The notes under the pieces are model-generated. The model saw only the letters and a program-made list of their open reading frames with translations. It had not been told where the DNA came from and did not search any database. A stretch of DNA of 64,000 nucleotides from Acidobacteriota bacterium (GTDB lineage: Bacteria > Acidobacteriota > UBA6911 > RPQK01 > JAJDTT01). The stretch covers positions 160,001 through 224,000 of the forward strand of contig OZ242374.1 of NCBI GenBank assembly GCA_965209055.1, in the 5' to 3' direction. The position numbers and the translations under genes are program-made. Shown here piece by piece: positions 39,673 through 49,044 of this stretch (within the stretch, counting starts at the first letter, position 1; each line of letters opens with the position of its first letter).

Positions 39673-41759
39673 GGTCCCCCCCGTTCGCCGACCGATTCCA
39701 ACAAGGCGCCGGATGCGGTCCGGATCCTGTCGAAAACGACCCGGTCCTTCCCCGCCAGCCGGGCCAAGTCTCCCAGATCGTACCAGCGGAGTGCTCCGTG
39801 GACCGTATTCTCGAGTTGATCCACGGTGACGTCGGTTTCGACGACGCGCCGCCAACTGTCGATGGAGTCCCGGATGCCGATCCGGCCAAACAGTTCCGGC
39901 TCCACGGCCGCGGCATGCAGGGCGGCAACCCCCGCCCTTCCCACGGCGACCAGGTTCACTCGCTTCGCCTCCTCGGCCGCTTCGCGCAGGTAACGCGCGC
40001 AGGCGAGTATGTCCTCAGCCCGCATGCCGACCAGTGAACGTCCCAGCATGTAGGCGATGAAATACTCTGCCGAGTTTCTGCCGATGTATCTCGGGTCGTA
40101 CCGCCACGCCGTGGACTCGGTCTCCCCCAAGCCGGTCAGATCCACGGCCAGCACCGGATGCCCGCCGCGCGCCAGCGACTCTATGGGCCCTCCGGGACCC
40201 GCGTCGATCTGCTTGCCCCGCCCGTCCAGGTACAGCGTCCACTCGCTTCGCGAGCGTTCGGGAACGAACCGCAGCGCCGGCAGTGGAAACCCGCCGGCGG
40301 ACTGCAGGATCAACTTCTCGATGCGGTAACCGGTGCGCCGGACCGTACCGTACGTTTGGACTGCAGGTGGCGGGATCTCCGAGAGGGGACGGATGCCCGC
40401 GGTTTCCCTCACCTTGGTTCTTCGCTCCTGGTCGGTCATTGGCTGCCACGACCGCTCGCGATGCCGCCGGAGCCTCTCCTCCTCGGCACGGTAGAGTTGG
40501 AACACCGAGCGTGCGCCCTCCAGCAACAGAACCTGCCCCTGGGGCGTGCATTGAAGCTGCCGGTCGGAGAAGACGTCGAAGTCCGGCTCGTTCACCTCGT
40601 CGACCCGGTTCAGCAGCCACCGACGCATCCAGCGGCAGGCGCCGGTGCGCAGATGGAGGGAGAACCCGTGCTTCTCGTCCGCCTCAACCAGGCCGACCCG
40701 CTCCGCGACGCCCAACCGCGTGTAGAGCCGTTTGGCTTGCCGGTACGTCTCCCAGGCGCCCGCGATGGGCACGAAGTCCTTGGTGGCGGCAAGAATCAAC
40801 GCAGGCTTAGGCGCTCTCATCAGGATGTAGTCCGCGTGGTCCATGCCGTAGGCGGTCTGTGCGTAGATGTTCTGCTCGGCGTCGCCCGGACCGGGGTCGT
40901 CGTTCTTGCGGCGGGTGGTGGTGATGAAACAACTGGACGCCGCAGCGGCGATCCTCTGGTCGAGCGCCATCAGGTAGGCGGTCATGAGGCCGCCGCCCGA
41001 GTTTCCGGCGCAGCCGATGCGCGACTCGTCGACGTCGTCCCGTCCCGCCAGGTAATCGATGCTGCGGATCCCGTCCCAGATGCGATAGGTCGCCAGGTTC
41101 CGGCCCAGCAAAATGGGGGCGACGCCGGCCAGGTTGTGTTCTTCGGTGGGCCGAAACCGCCCCTTCGCGGTCTCCGACCGTGCCGCGCCGTCCTCGAGAA
41201 TCTGCTTCCGCTCCCCTTGGCCGACGGGGTCGTAGCAGAGCACCGCCAGACCGTTCCTGGCCATCAGTATGGCCGCCCGCTGGTAGAGTTCGGCCGCCTT
41301 TCCGTTCTCGCTGTGGCCGCAGGGGACCAGGACGCCGGGGTACGGCGGTTCGGCCTCCGGCAGGTACAGGACCGCCGTCACGTGGAAGCCGGGCCGGCTC
41401 TCGTAGATCAGCTTTTCGGCTCGAAACCCGTCGCCCGTCAGCCGGCCCACGACTCGGGGACGCAGGGGAGTGCGTTCCGGGAATCCCCCCAGGCTTTCGA
41501 TGAATTCGGCTCGCAGGCGCTCCTGGTAATCCCGGATCTGCTCCGGGGTCTTCAGTGCTTCGTACGCCTGCAGACGCCGGTCCAGCGCGGCGTGGACGAG
41601 TGGCCGGAGATGATCCTGAAGCAACCGGACTTCGCCGTCCGGCTGTGCCGATGCCGGCAGCACCCGGAGATCGGTCCCGAGCGCGATTTCGGGCGTCAGG
41701 GTCCAGACAAGAACGACAAGGAGTATGCGGGCTGTGCTGGGCGCTCGGCTGGATAACAC
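39663..41759 (-). CDS. Acetylxylan-esterase-like tandem alpha/beta hydrolase
   Basis: VPCGHS, YDPVGQGER, nucleophile GNSGGG and a second degenerate hydrolase domain. Confidence 0.85.
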   Translation of the reverse strand: MLSSRAPSTARILLVVLVWTLTPEIALGTDLRVLPASAQPDGEVRLLQDHLRPLVHAALDRRLQAYEALKTPEQIRDYQERLRAEFIESLGGFPERTPLRPRVVGRLTGDGFRAEKLIYESRPGFHVTAVLYLPEAEPPYPGVLVPCGHSENGKAAELYQRAAILMARNGLAVLCYDPVGQGERKQILEDGAARSETAKGRFRPTEEHNLAGVAPILLGRNLATYRIWDGIRSIDYLAGRDDVDESRIGCAGNSGGGLMTAYLMALDQRIAAAASSCFITTTRRKNDDPGPGDAEQNIYAQTAYGMDHADYILMRAPKPALILAATKDFVPIAGAWETYRQAKRLYTRLGVAERVGLVEADEKHGFSLHLRTGACRWMRRWLLNRVDEVNEPDFDVFSDRQLQCTPQGQVLLLEGARSVFQLYRAEEERLRRHRERSWQPMTDQERRTKVRETAGIRPLSEIPPPAVQTYGTVRRTGYRIEKLILQSAGGFPLPALRFVPERSRSEWTLYLDGRGKQIDAGPGGPIESLARGGHPVLAVDLTGLGETESTAWRYDPRYIGRNSAEYFIAYMLGRSLVGMRAEDILACARYLREAAEEAKRVNLVAVGRAGVAALHAAAVEPELFGRIGIRDSIDSWRRVVETDVTVDQLENTVHGALRWYDLGDLARLAGKDRVVFDRIRTASGALLESVGERGGPGD

Positions 41760-41875
41760 GAACCCGAATCCTCACAGGAATTGTGTCTGCGGTCAAACGA
41801 CTTCAGAATGCGGTTCGCGGGGTTCCACAGTCTGTGGAGAAAGCCCCGCCTGGGACCGGGAGCGAAGGAACGGGA

Positions 41876-43492
41876 ATGAAAGCGGACAGCGGGAAAGCGC
41901 ACGATATCGACGTTCTCATCGTCGGAGGGGGGCACAATGGGCTGGTCGCCGGGAGTTACCTGGCGCGGGCCGGCCTGGAGGTCCAGGTCCTGGAGCGGCG
42001 GTCCGTGGTCGGCGGGGCCTGCATCACCGAGGAGCTCTTTCCCGGTTTCCACTTCTCCAGTTGCTCCTTCATGCTCTACGCGCTGCACCCCAGGGTTGCG
42101 GACGACCTGGAACTGCACCGATACGGTTTCCAGGTCTTTCAGGTCGATCCCTTCCTGTTTCGCCCTTACCCCGACGGCCGGCGCCTGGTGCTGCACCAGG
42201 ACCCGGAGCGCAACGCGGAAGCCATCGGCGCGTTCTCCCGCCGGGACGCGGAGAGCTACCGGCGATGGAACCGGTTGTGGGAACGGTTCCATTCCATCGT
42301 GCACGCTTACGTGCTCACGCCCCCTCCCGCCTACGTCGATCTGGTGAGGAGGGCCAGGGAGACCGGCAACCTCGAGATCTTCAAGAAAGTCCTGATCACC
42401 AGCCACGCCGACCTGGTCGAGGAGTTCTTCGAGTCGGAACACGTCCGGGCCGCCATGATCCATTCCGGAGACCATGGCGACCCCCGGTCCATCGGAAGCG
42501 CCCTGCCGGCGGCCTTCCTGCCGGGCGACGTGGAACCCGAACGGCGGATCGTGGGCATCGTCAGGGGAGGAATGGGCGCGGTCACGCGGGCCATGGCCGG
42601 TTACCTGGAAAGCCAGGGCGGCGCCATTCGCACCGGGTGCCAGGTCCGCCGCGTCCTGGTGGAGGACGGCCGCGCCCGGGGTGTCGAACTGACCAGCGGA
42701 GAGACGATCCGAAGCCGCCTGGTTGTCTCCAACGCCGACCCCAAGCGCACCTTCCTGGACCTGGTCGAACCGGAACATCTCCCCCCGGGCTTCCGCCGTA
42801 GGGTCCGCGGCCGGCGGACCGAGATCGGGTACTTCAAGTTCCACGCCGCCATGGATGAATTGCCCGACTTTTCCTCCTGGCTGGGAAGGGACTACGATCC
42901 GCGAATCACGGCCCGCGTCTGGATCTGCCCCTCCATCGAATACGTGCGGCGCGCCTGGCGGGACGCCCGGCGGGGCCGTCCTTCGAGGCAGCCCGTCATG
43001 TCGATCCAGATCCCCTCCGTCTACGACGACAGCATCTGCCCGCCGGGCAAGCACGTCCTGTCCATCTTCGCCGAATACGCGCCGGTCCGTCCGGCCCGGG
43101 GCAATTGGGATGAACGCCGGGAGGAGGCGGGAGAGCGGCTGATTGACGCGGTGACGGCGTATGCGCCCAACTTTCGCCGTGCCATCGCAGACTGGATGCT
43201 CTTGACGCCTCTGGACCTGGAACGCCGCGTCTCCCTGACCGCCGGCAACATCCACCACCTGGACATGACGCCGAGCCAGGTCTTCTCCCGCCGGCCGCTC
43301 ACGGGCTGGGCCGAGTACCGGACCCCCGTCGAGGGCCTGTGGCTCTGCGGCGCCGGCACCCACCCGGGCGGCGAGGTCTCGGGAGCGCCCGGTCACAACG
43401 CGGCCCACGCCATCTTGCGGGATCTTCGGAGGGGCGATTTCCAATCGCCCGGTTCCCCCTCGTTTTCTGATGTCGAAAGAACCGGCGGTTAG
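41876..43492 (+). CDS. Phytoene-desaturase-like NAD(P)/FAD-dependent oxidoreductase
   Basis: GGGHNGL, ERR..VGGA, GGMG, LCGAGTHPGG.VSGAPGHNAA. Confidence 0.9.
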   Translation: MKADSGKAHDIDVLIVGGGHNGLVAGSYLARAGLEVQVLERRSVVGGACITEELFPGFHFSSCSFMLYALHPRVADDLELHRYGFQVFQVDPFLFRPYPDGRRLVLHQDPERNAEAIGAFSRRDAESYRRWNRLWERFHSIVHAYVLTPPPAYVDLVRRARETGNLEIFKKVLITSHADLVEEFFESEHVRAAMIHSGDHGDPRSIGSALPAAFLPGDVEPERRIVGIVRGGMGAVTRAMAGYLESQGGAIRTGCQVRRVLVEDGRARGVELTSGETIRSRLVVSNADPKRTFLDLVEPEHLPPGFRRRVRGRRTEIGYFKFHAAMDELPDFSSWLGRDYDPRITARVWICPSIEYVRRAWRDARRGRPSRQPVMSIQIPSVYDDSICPPGKHVLSIFAEYAPVRPARGNWDERREEAGERLIDAVTAYAPNFRRAIADWMLLTPLDLERRVSLTAGNIHHLDMTPSQVFSRRPLTGWAEYRTPVEGLWLCGAGTHPGGEVSGAPGHNAAHAILRDLRRGDFQSPGSPSFSDVERTGG

Positions 43493-43505
43493 GAAACCGC
43501 CGCGC
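43428..43505. repeat. REP pair overlapping the oxidoreductase 3' end
   Basis: GGAGGGGCGATTTCCAATCGCCC and CGGCGGTTAGGAAACCGCCGC. Confidence 0.8.
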
Positions 43506-43521
43506 CTGCGGGAGGCCGCCC

Positions 43522-44979
43522 ATGCCCCGTCCCAATCTTCTGGTGCTGATGACCGATCAGCAGCGAGCCGACACCGTGGGTCCCGCCTCTCCCTGCCGGA
43601 CCCCCCACCTGGACGGCCTGGCTGCTCAGGGAACCCGGTTTCTCCGCGCCTACTCTTCCAACCCCATCTGCTCCCCCAGCCGGGCGAGCCTGATGACGGG
43701 GCTCCTGCCCCACAGCCACGGGATGGTCGACTGCACCCATACGGTGGAGCCCTATCGCGCCGACCTGAAGCCGGGACTCCCCTTCTGGAGCCGGGAGCTT
43801 CGGGACGCCGGGTATCGCACCGGCTACTACGGGAAATGGCACATCGAGCGCTCCAATCGGCTGGAGGATTTCGGATTCGATTCGTACGAGCTGATGGAGA
43901 CCTTCGAGGCGGCCGATGTGGGATGCCAACGGGTTCCCGACGCCGGCTACCTGGCGCGCCGCCGGAGCCTGGGACTCCCCGAATCGGATCGCCGCTGGGA
44001 ACGCAAGGGGATGGTTCGCCATCCCGGATACCGGGACCTGTTGCTGCACGGCGTCGTGGACGAGCCCGTGGAGGGAACCCGCGAGCACCACGTCTTCTCG
44101 CGCGGGATCGATTTCCTGAATGAACCGGCCCGCGGCGACCAGCCGTGGTGCCTCTTCCTGAGCACCGCCGGTCCTCACGATCCCTACGTCGTGCCGCGGG
44201 AATACCGTCGCCGCTACGACGCCCGTTCCCTGACGCCTCCCCCCAGTTTCCAGGACGACCTGGCCGGCCGTCCCGCCATCTACCGGCGGATGCAGAGGGT
44301 GTGGAACCAGATGCAGTGGTCCGATTTCGCCGAGGCCACCGCCTGCTACTACGCCTTCTGTTCCCTCGTCGACGACCAGATCGGGAGGATTCTGAGGGTC
44401 CTGGAGGAGTCGGGCCAGTCGGAGAATACGCTGGTGCTGTTCCTGTCGGACCACGGTGACTACATGGGGGCCCACCGGCTGATGCTCAAGGGGGTCCCCG
44501 CCTTCGAGGAGGCTTATCGCGTGCCCCTGATTCTGAAAGGTCCCGGGGTGAAGCCGGGACAGAAGGTCCCCGAGATCGTCAGTCTGCTGGACGTGGCGCC
44601 GACCCTGACGGAGTTGACGCTGGGAGAGGACTTCTCCTGCCACGGGCGGTCGCTGCGTCCGCTGTTGGAGGGAGACGGATCCGGCTGGGACTCGGAAGCC
44701 TACGCCGAAATGCAGGGCCAGAGAATGGCGTACACGCAACGGGTTCTCTGGAGAGACAACCACAAGTACGTCTTCAATGCCTTCGACGAAGACGAGGTCT
44801 ACGACCTGGAACAGGATCCCCACGAACTGCGCAACCTGGCCGGAAGCCGCGAGTCCCTGTGCCGGGAGATGGCGGCTCGGATGTGGGAAATCGCCCGAGC
44901 CACCGGCGACTACAACCTCTACGAGTCCCAGTACGGCTGCTTCCGCTGGGCGCCCGTGGGACCGGAGTTGGGGGTGTAG
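43522..44979 (+). CDS. Sulfatase (formylglycine-dependent)
   Basis: TDQQR, CSPSRASLMTG, GKWH, SDHGD. Confidence 0.93.
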   Translation: MPRPNLLVLMTDQQRADTVGPASPCRTPHLDGLAAQGTRFLRAYSSNPICSPSRASLMTGLLPHSHGMVDCTHTVEPYRADLKPGLPFWSRELRDAGYRTGYYGKWHIERSNRLEDFGFDSYELMETFEAADVGCQRVPDAGYLARRRSLGLPESDRRWERKGMVRHPGYRDLLLHGVVDEPVEGTREHHVFSRGIDFLNEPARGDQPWCLFLSTAGPHDPYVVPREYRRRYDARSLTPPPSFQDDLAGRPAIYRRMQRVWNQMQWSDFAEATACYYAFCSLVDDQIGRILRVLEESGQSENTLVLFLSDHGDYMGAHRLMLKGVPAFEEAYRVPLILKGPGVKPGQKVPEIVSLLDVAPTLTELTLGEDFSCHGRSLRPLLEGDGSGWDSEAYAEMQGQRMAYTQRVLWRDNHKYVFNAFDEDEVYDLEQDPHELRNLAGSRESLCREMAARMWEIARATGDYNLYESQYGCFRWAPVGPELGV

Positions 44980-44981
44980 GT

Positions 44982-45062
44982 GCTTCCCCACCGGCCCATG
45001 CCCGGCGAAATGCCGGTAGAAAAAGGAAAGGAGCGGCGGTTTCCTAACCGCCGAACTGGAGC
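44982..45062 (+). repeat. 81-bp direct repeat, copy 1 (contains a REP); copy 2 at 48220-48300
   Basis: 78 of 81 bases identical by manual alignment. Confidence 0.9.
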
Positions 45063-45069
45063 CCGCTCC

Positions 45070-46509
45070 CTACGGCGCGCCAAATCGAAACGAATAAAGA
45101 TTCGAGTCCCGAAGCACGAACCGGAGGCGCACCACCTGTCCCTCCAGTTCGCTCAGATCCTCCCTCTCCCCCCAATTCACAACCCGATCCAACTCATCGC
45201 CGTAGATCTCTTCGCTGTTCTCCAGATTGAAGCCCAGCACCGGACGGGAAAAGTGGTTGAGCACCTCCACCCGGACCGATCCCGTGACCGATGTGGAGTA
45301 GTTGATCCGCAGCCGGCTCCCCTTGAATTTCAACGGCCGCGTCGTGAGCTCTCCTCCCAGATCGGGGGCATGAACCGAGATGAACCCGTCCTGCCGCAGC
45401 GTCACCCGCCGGATGTGGGCGTGGGGCGTCCGGTAGTTGTGGGTCATGTACATGGACAGCTCTCCCGGTGCGGTCCGGACCAGGCCCGAACCGAAGGACA
45501 TGGCGCGCTCATGCCAGTTGTTCTCGTCGAATCCGGGACGGATCCAGGCCTCGCGAAAGGTCCGTTGCCAGCGGAGTCCGTCGCGGCTGCTGAGCAGGGC
45601 GATGTCCGAGAGGCCGGGGAAGGGCCAGCCCTCGGCTCCCCGGTCCAGGATGAAGCGCATGGGGAACATGAGGTAGACGTTTCGCGCCCAGGGATAGGGG
45701 ATGGCGGCGCTGCTGTAGAACTGTTCCCGGGGTTGGGTCCCGAAGGGGATCTCCACCCATTCGGGGCCGTCCCAGGTGCGGAAGTCGGGGGAGGTGAAAC
45801 GGCGAATGGTCCGGTTGGCCTCTCCGCTGGTTCCCGAAGCGTCCAGCTGTTTCTCCGGGGTCGATCCCCACCAGCCTCGCTTGTAGATGACGTACCGGGA
45901 CTGCCAGGGGTCCCAGAACGCGGCATGCGGACCGTCGTTGACCTGATCCTGGAGCCTCCGGATCAGGGGATCGGGCTGGATCGGTTTCCACCGGATCCCG
46001 TCCGCCGAGACCAGTCCGTGGATGTCCCGGGTCTGGACGATGGCCTTGTACCTCTCCCCCTCCGGGACCCCGGGGTTCGGGTCCTTGAAGACGCACATGT
46101 TGATCCCCTGGTTCCCGGGAGTGGGCCAGACCAGGTTGTTGTCCGTGGAGCCTTGCGACTCCACCAGCCCCAACGAGGGCCGCTCCCAACCGACCCCGTC
46201 CTTGCTCTCGGCGTAGGCCGTCTGGGCCACGCCGTCATGGTTGCCCTGGGAGACCCGGTACCACATCCGGAAACGGTCGCCGTCCCGGATCACGATGGGA
46301 TGCCAGGAGGTATCCCCCTCCCAGGGCTTCTCGTATCGCAGCACCTCTTCCCGCAGAACCGGCCGATGCAGCTCGAACTCGGCGCCGCGCATCTCGCCGA
46401 TGAGACCCCGGTCCAGAAAGAGCTGTCGGTCGGACCCGATATTGACGAAGGACTGTCCACCCAGTACGGGCAGCGAGGCCAGCAGGCAAGCGAATAGAAC
46501 TCTTTTCAT
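45070..46509 (-). CDS. Glycoside-hydrolase-like beta-propeller protein
   Basis: RQLFLD, AYAESKDG..WERP, LRQDGFISV; signal peptide; RBS GGAG. Confidence 0.75.
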   Translation of the reverse strand: MKRVLFACLLASLPVLGGQSFVNIGSDRQLFLDRGLIGEMRGAEFELHRPVLREEVLRYEKPWEGDTSWHPIVIRDGDRFRMWYRVSQGNHDGVAQTAYAESKDGVGWERPSLGLVESQGSTDNNLVWPTPGNQGINMCVFKDPNPGVPEGERYKAIVQTRDIHGLVSADGIRWKPIQPDPLIRRLQDQVNDGPHAAFWDPWQSRYVIYKRGWWGSTPEKQLDASGTSGEANRTIRRFTSPDFRTWDGPEWVEIPFGTQPREQFYSSAAIPYPWARNVYLMFPMRFILDRGAEGWPFPGLSDIALLSSRDGLRWQRTFREAWIRPGFDENNWHERAMSFGSGLVRTAPGELSMYMTHNYRTPHAHIRRVTLRQDGFISVHAPDLGGELTTRPLKFKGSRLRINYSTSVTGSVRVEVLNHFSRPVLGFNLENSEEIYGDELDRVVNWGEREDLSELEGQVVRLRFVLRDSNLYSFRFGAP

Positions 46510-47085
46510 ATCTCCTCCCGTGGGCAGGATAGGTTCGGGACGACAGCCGGTCAACGAACCCCTGCGCTCTGGCTCTCCGCAGCGCGGGGGACGGATCGAC
46601 CTTCGTTTGCATAAAGGAGGACCGATTGGTAGAGTAAATCACTGGAAAATCACCATAATGGTCAACTTAATCACCCCATAATCACCGTTTATATGTAAAA
46701 ATACTATCCTTTTTTCAGCGCATTTCGGAGACCGGCGCCGGACGCGCCTAGCCACGGGGAAACGTGGTATTGGGGGTCAGGAAGAACATGGATAAAACAT
46801 TCCAGGTCATTCAGTTCCGGAAAAACTTCGGGTGGATTGCAATTCCACGGCAGGCGCCCGGGACGCCGCGTCCGCCGGTGAATTCCTTGATCGTGAGGAG
46901 ATAATCTCATTTTGCCCAAGGCTTCATTTTCAGCTCTGATCAAAAAAGTTACTATCCTTTGTTCAGATATTTCACCTGAATCCACGAGTCCATCTTTTCT
47001 TGCCCTCCCTGATTCCTCCCTGGAGGTGGCGGACACGGCTAATGGGCTGAACGGATGTTCCCGATTGGGGAGAAATGGAAGAGTT

Positions 47086-48099
47086 ATGCCCAAACCGCAA
47101 ACTGCTGATGCCTGTCCAACCGACCGCCATTCCGGGATCAAAGCAGATGCAGCCGCCGTCGCGGCTTCGGAATCTTCCTTGGCCGATGCTCCCGGGAGAG
47201 TCGTCGAGCTTGCCGCCGCGTCCCTGTCGAAGAACACGCGCCGCGCCTATCGAGGCGCCTTGCAGCGGTTGCAGCACTATCTGGACAAACACGATGCCAG
47301 CCTCACGGATGGTTGGCTGGCCAGCTACCTCGCCTCTCTGTTTCATCGGGGCCGCTCCCCCTCCTCAGCCAGCATGGTCGTGGCAGCCGTCCGCTTTCAG
47401 GCCAGGACCACCGGCGCGCCTTCACCCGTGGGGCCGGCCACCGATCGGGTCCTGGCCGGGTTCCGGCGCGAGGGACGCCGGAGGGGCCGGGGGCAAGTCG
47501 AAGGGATCAGTTGGGAGATGGCCGACGTCATCGCCGCCCTCATCACTGCCGTCGAGACGGGCTCTCTTGCGGCCTTCCGTGACGCCGCCCTGATCTCCAT
47601 CATGTCTGACGCCATGCTTCGGGTTTCGGAAGTCGCCGCGCTTCAATGCGCCGACATCCGGGAGGACGATGGAGGCGCCGGCTTGCTCACGATTCACAGT
47701 TCCAAGACCGACCAGGAGGGGGAAGGGACGATCCTGTTTCTTGGTGCGCTCACCATGAGGCGGATCCGCGCCTGGATCGTCGCCGCCGGCTTCAATTCAG
47801 GACCCCTGTTTCGGCCGGTGCGGGTCGGAGGCATCGTGGAGGATGGGGCCCTCAGTTCCCGAAGCATCCGGAACGTCATCCAGAAGAGGGCGAAGCAGGC
47901 CGGCATCGACGGTGGGCGGATCTCCGGGCACTCGCTCCGGGTCGGGTCGGCTCAGTCCCTGGCCCTTCGGGGAGCCTCCCTGGTGGAGCTCCAACAGGCC
48001 GGACGCTGGACCTCGCCGCACATGCCGGGCCGGTATGTCCGGGGGCAACTTGCCTCCCGTGGACCCATGGCCCGGATCCGGTACGGGAAGGGGTCCTGA
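47086..48099 (+). CDS. Cre-like tyrosine recombinase
   Basis: RDAAL..LRVSE, SKTDQ, SGHSLRVG and AGRW...M..RY give an intact R-K-H-R-W-Y set. Confidence 0.9.
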   Translation: MPKPQTADACPTDRHSGIKADAAAVAASESSLADAPGRVVELAAASLSKNTRRAYRGALQRLQHYLDKHDASLTDGWLASYLASLFHRGRSPSSASMVVAAVRFQARTTGAPSPVGPATDRVLAGFRREGRRRGRGQVEGISWEMADVIAALITAVETGSLAAFRDAALISIMSDAMLRVSEVAALQCADIREDDGGAGLLTIHSSKTDQEGEGTILFLGALTMRRIRAWIVAAGFNSGPLFRPVRVGGIVEDGALSSRSIRNVIQKRAKQAGIDGGRISGHSLRVGSAQSLALRGASLVELQQAGRWTSPHMPGRYVRGQLASRGPMARIRYGKGS

Positions 48100-48219
48100 A
48101 CGAATCGCCCGAACCAGCCTGAGCCGGGAGGTCATCAGCGCCGCCGGCATGACTGCGAAGCAGCCGGGAGGGGTCCGGCGCATGGGAGCGATGGTGCCCC
48201 GAGTCCTGTGATCCCAGGA

Positions 48220-48375
48220 GCTTCCCCACCGGCCCATGTCCGGCGAAATGCCGGTAGAAAAAGGATGGGAGCGGCGGTTTCCTAACCGCCGAACTGGAGC
48301 GGCGATTTCCAATCGCCGAACTCCTGACTGACAAACTTGGCGACAAAGATTGGGCGATTGGAAATCGCCCCTCCT
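48220..48375 (+). repeat. 81-bp direct repeat copy 2 followed by a REP array
   Basis: GGAGCGGCGGTTTCCTAACCGCCG, GGAGCGGCGATTTCCAATCGCCG and GGGCGATTGGAAATCGCCCCTCC. Confidence 0.88.
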
Positions 48376-48504
48376 TTTTCTTAGAAGACGGGAAGACCGG
48401 CCTGGTTCCGGCCGAACGCGACACAGGCTCCGTCCCCATACTCGAAGCTGGCGAACCAGAGCAACTCCGGTCCGCATCTTCATCCCCTCAGGAACCGAAC
48501 GGCC

Positions 48505-48687
48505 TCAATCCCTCGGGTTGCTGACGATACGCCGGCCCGGGTCGGGGGGCTCCTGCTGCTCGAGGAGGCGGCTGGCAATCTCGACGGCGGACAGATCCAC
48601 CTTGAGATTGCGAATTTGCAGAGCCTTCAGGGCGCTGCCCTTCCGGCCCCAGGGACGGCCGTCGCTGCGGATTCTATGCGGTTTCAT
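48505..48687 (-). CDS. Small hypothetical protein (60 aa)
   Basis: Strong RBS GAGGAG 4 nt before the ATG; no recognisable domain. Confidence 0.4.
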   Translation of the reverse strand: MKPHRIRSDGRPWGRKGSALKALQIRNLKVDLSAVEIASRLLEQQEPPDPGRRIVSNPRD

Positions 48688-48927
48688 ATTGCTCCTCTCG
48701 ATTGGCCGGATGGCCTGCTGTCAATCCAATCAGCCATTCCGGAACTACCCACCGAATCATCTCTGTAGCTCGTCGACGGTGGATCGGGCTGCGCCGAGCG
48801 GCATGCCCGGCGTCGCCCGTCGACCCTGTTGACGGGCCCGGCTTGGCAATAGCGTTCTCGAAACGCCTCACCAGAAAAAACGCTGCCATAAACGCCCAAA
48901 AAAAGTGACTTGCGCGCCGTATTGGGA

Positions 48928-48955
48928 GCTTCCGATAACGGGAATTATCGGAAGT
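48928..48955 (+). other. dif-like tyrosine-recombinase site A (11-6-11)
   Basis: GCTTCCGATAA-CGGGAA-TTATCGGAAGT with 10-bp perfect inverted arms. Confidence 0.7.
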
Positions 48956-49044
48956 CGGGAGAGGAGCACTGCCTATGGGGGAGGCGTGAGGATTCTGGTC
49001 TCAACAGGTTTTTAGTTTCAACCAAACAAGCAAGGAGTTACACA

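Noticed and set aside
47086-48099. Recombinase as an integron integrase with attC cassettes
   Set aside because: It is Cre-like, lacks the IntI-specific insertion, and flanking genes are not a co-oriented array with RYYYAAC...GTTRRRY sites.
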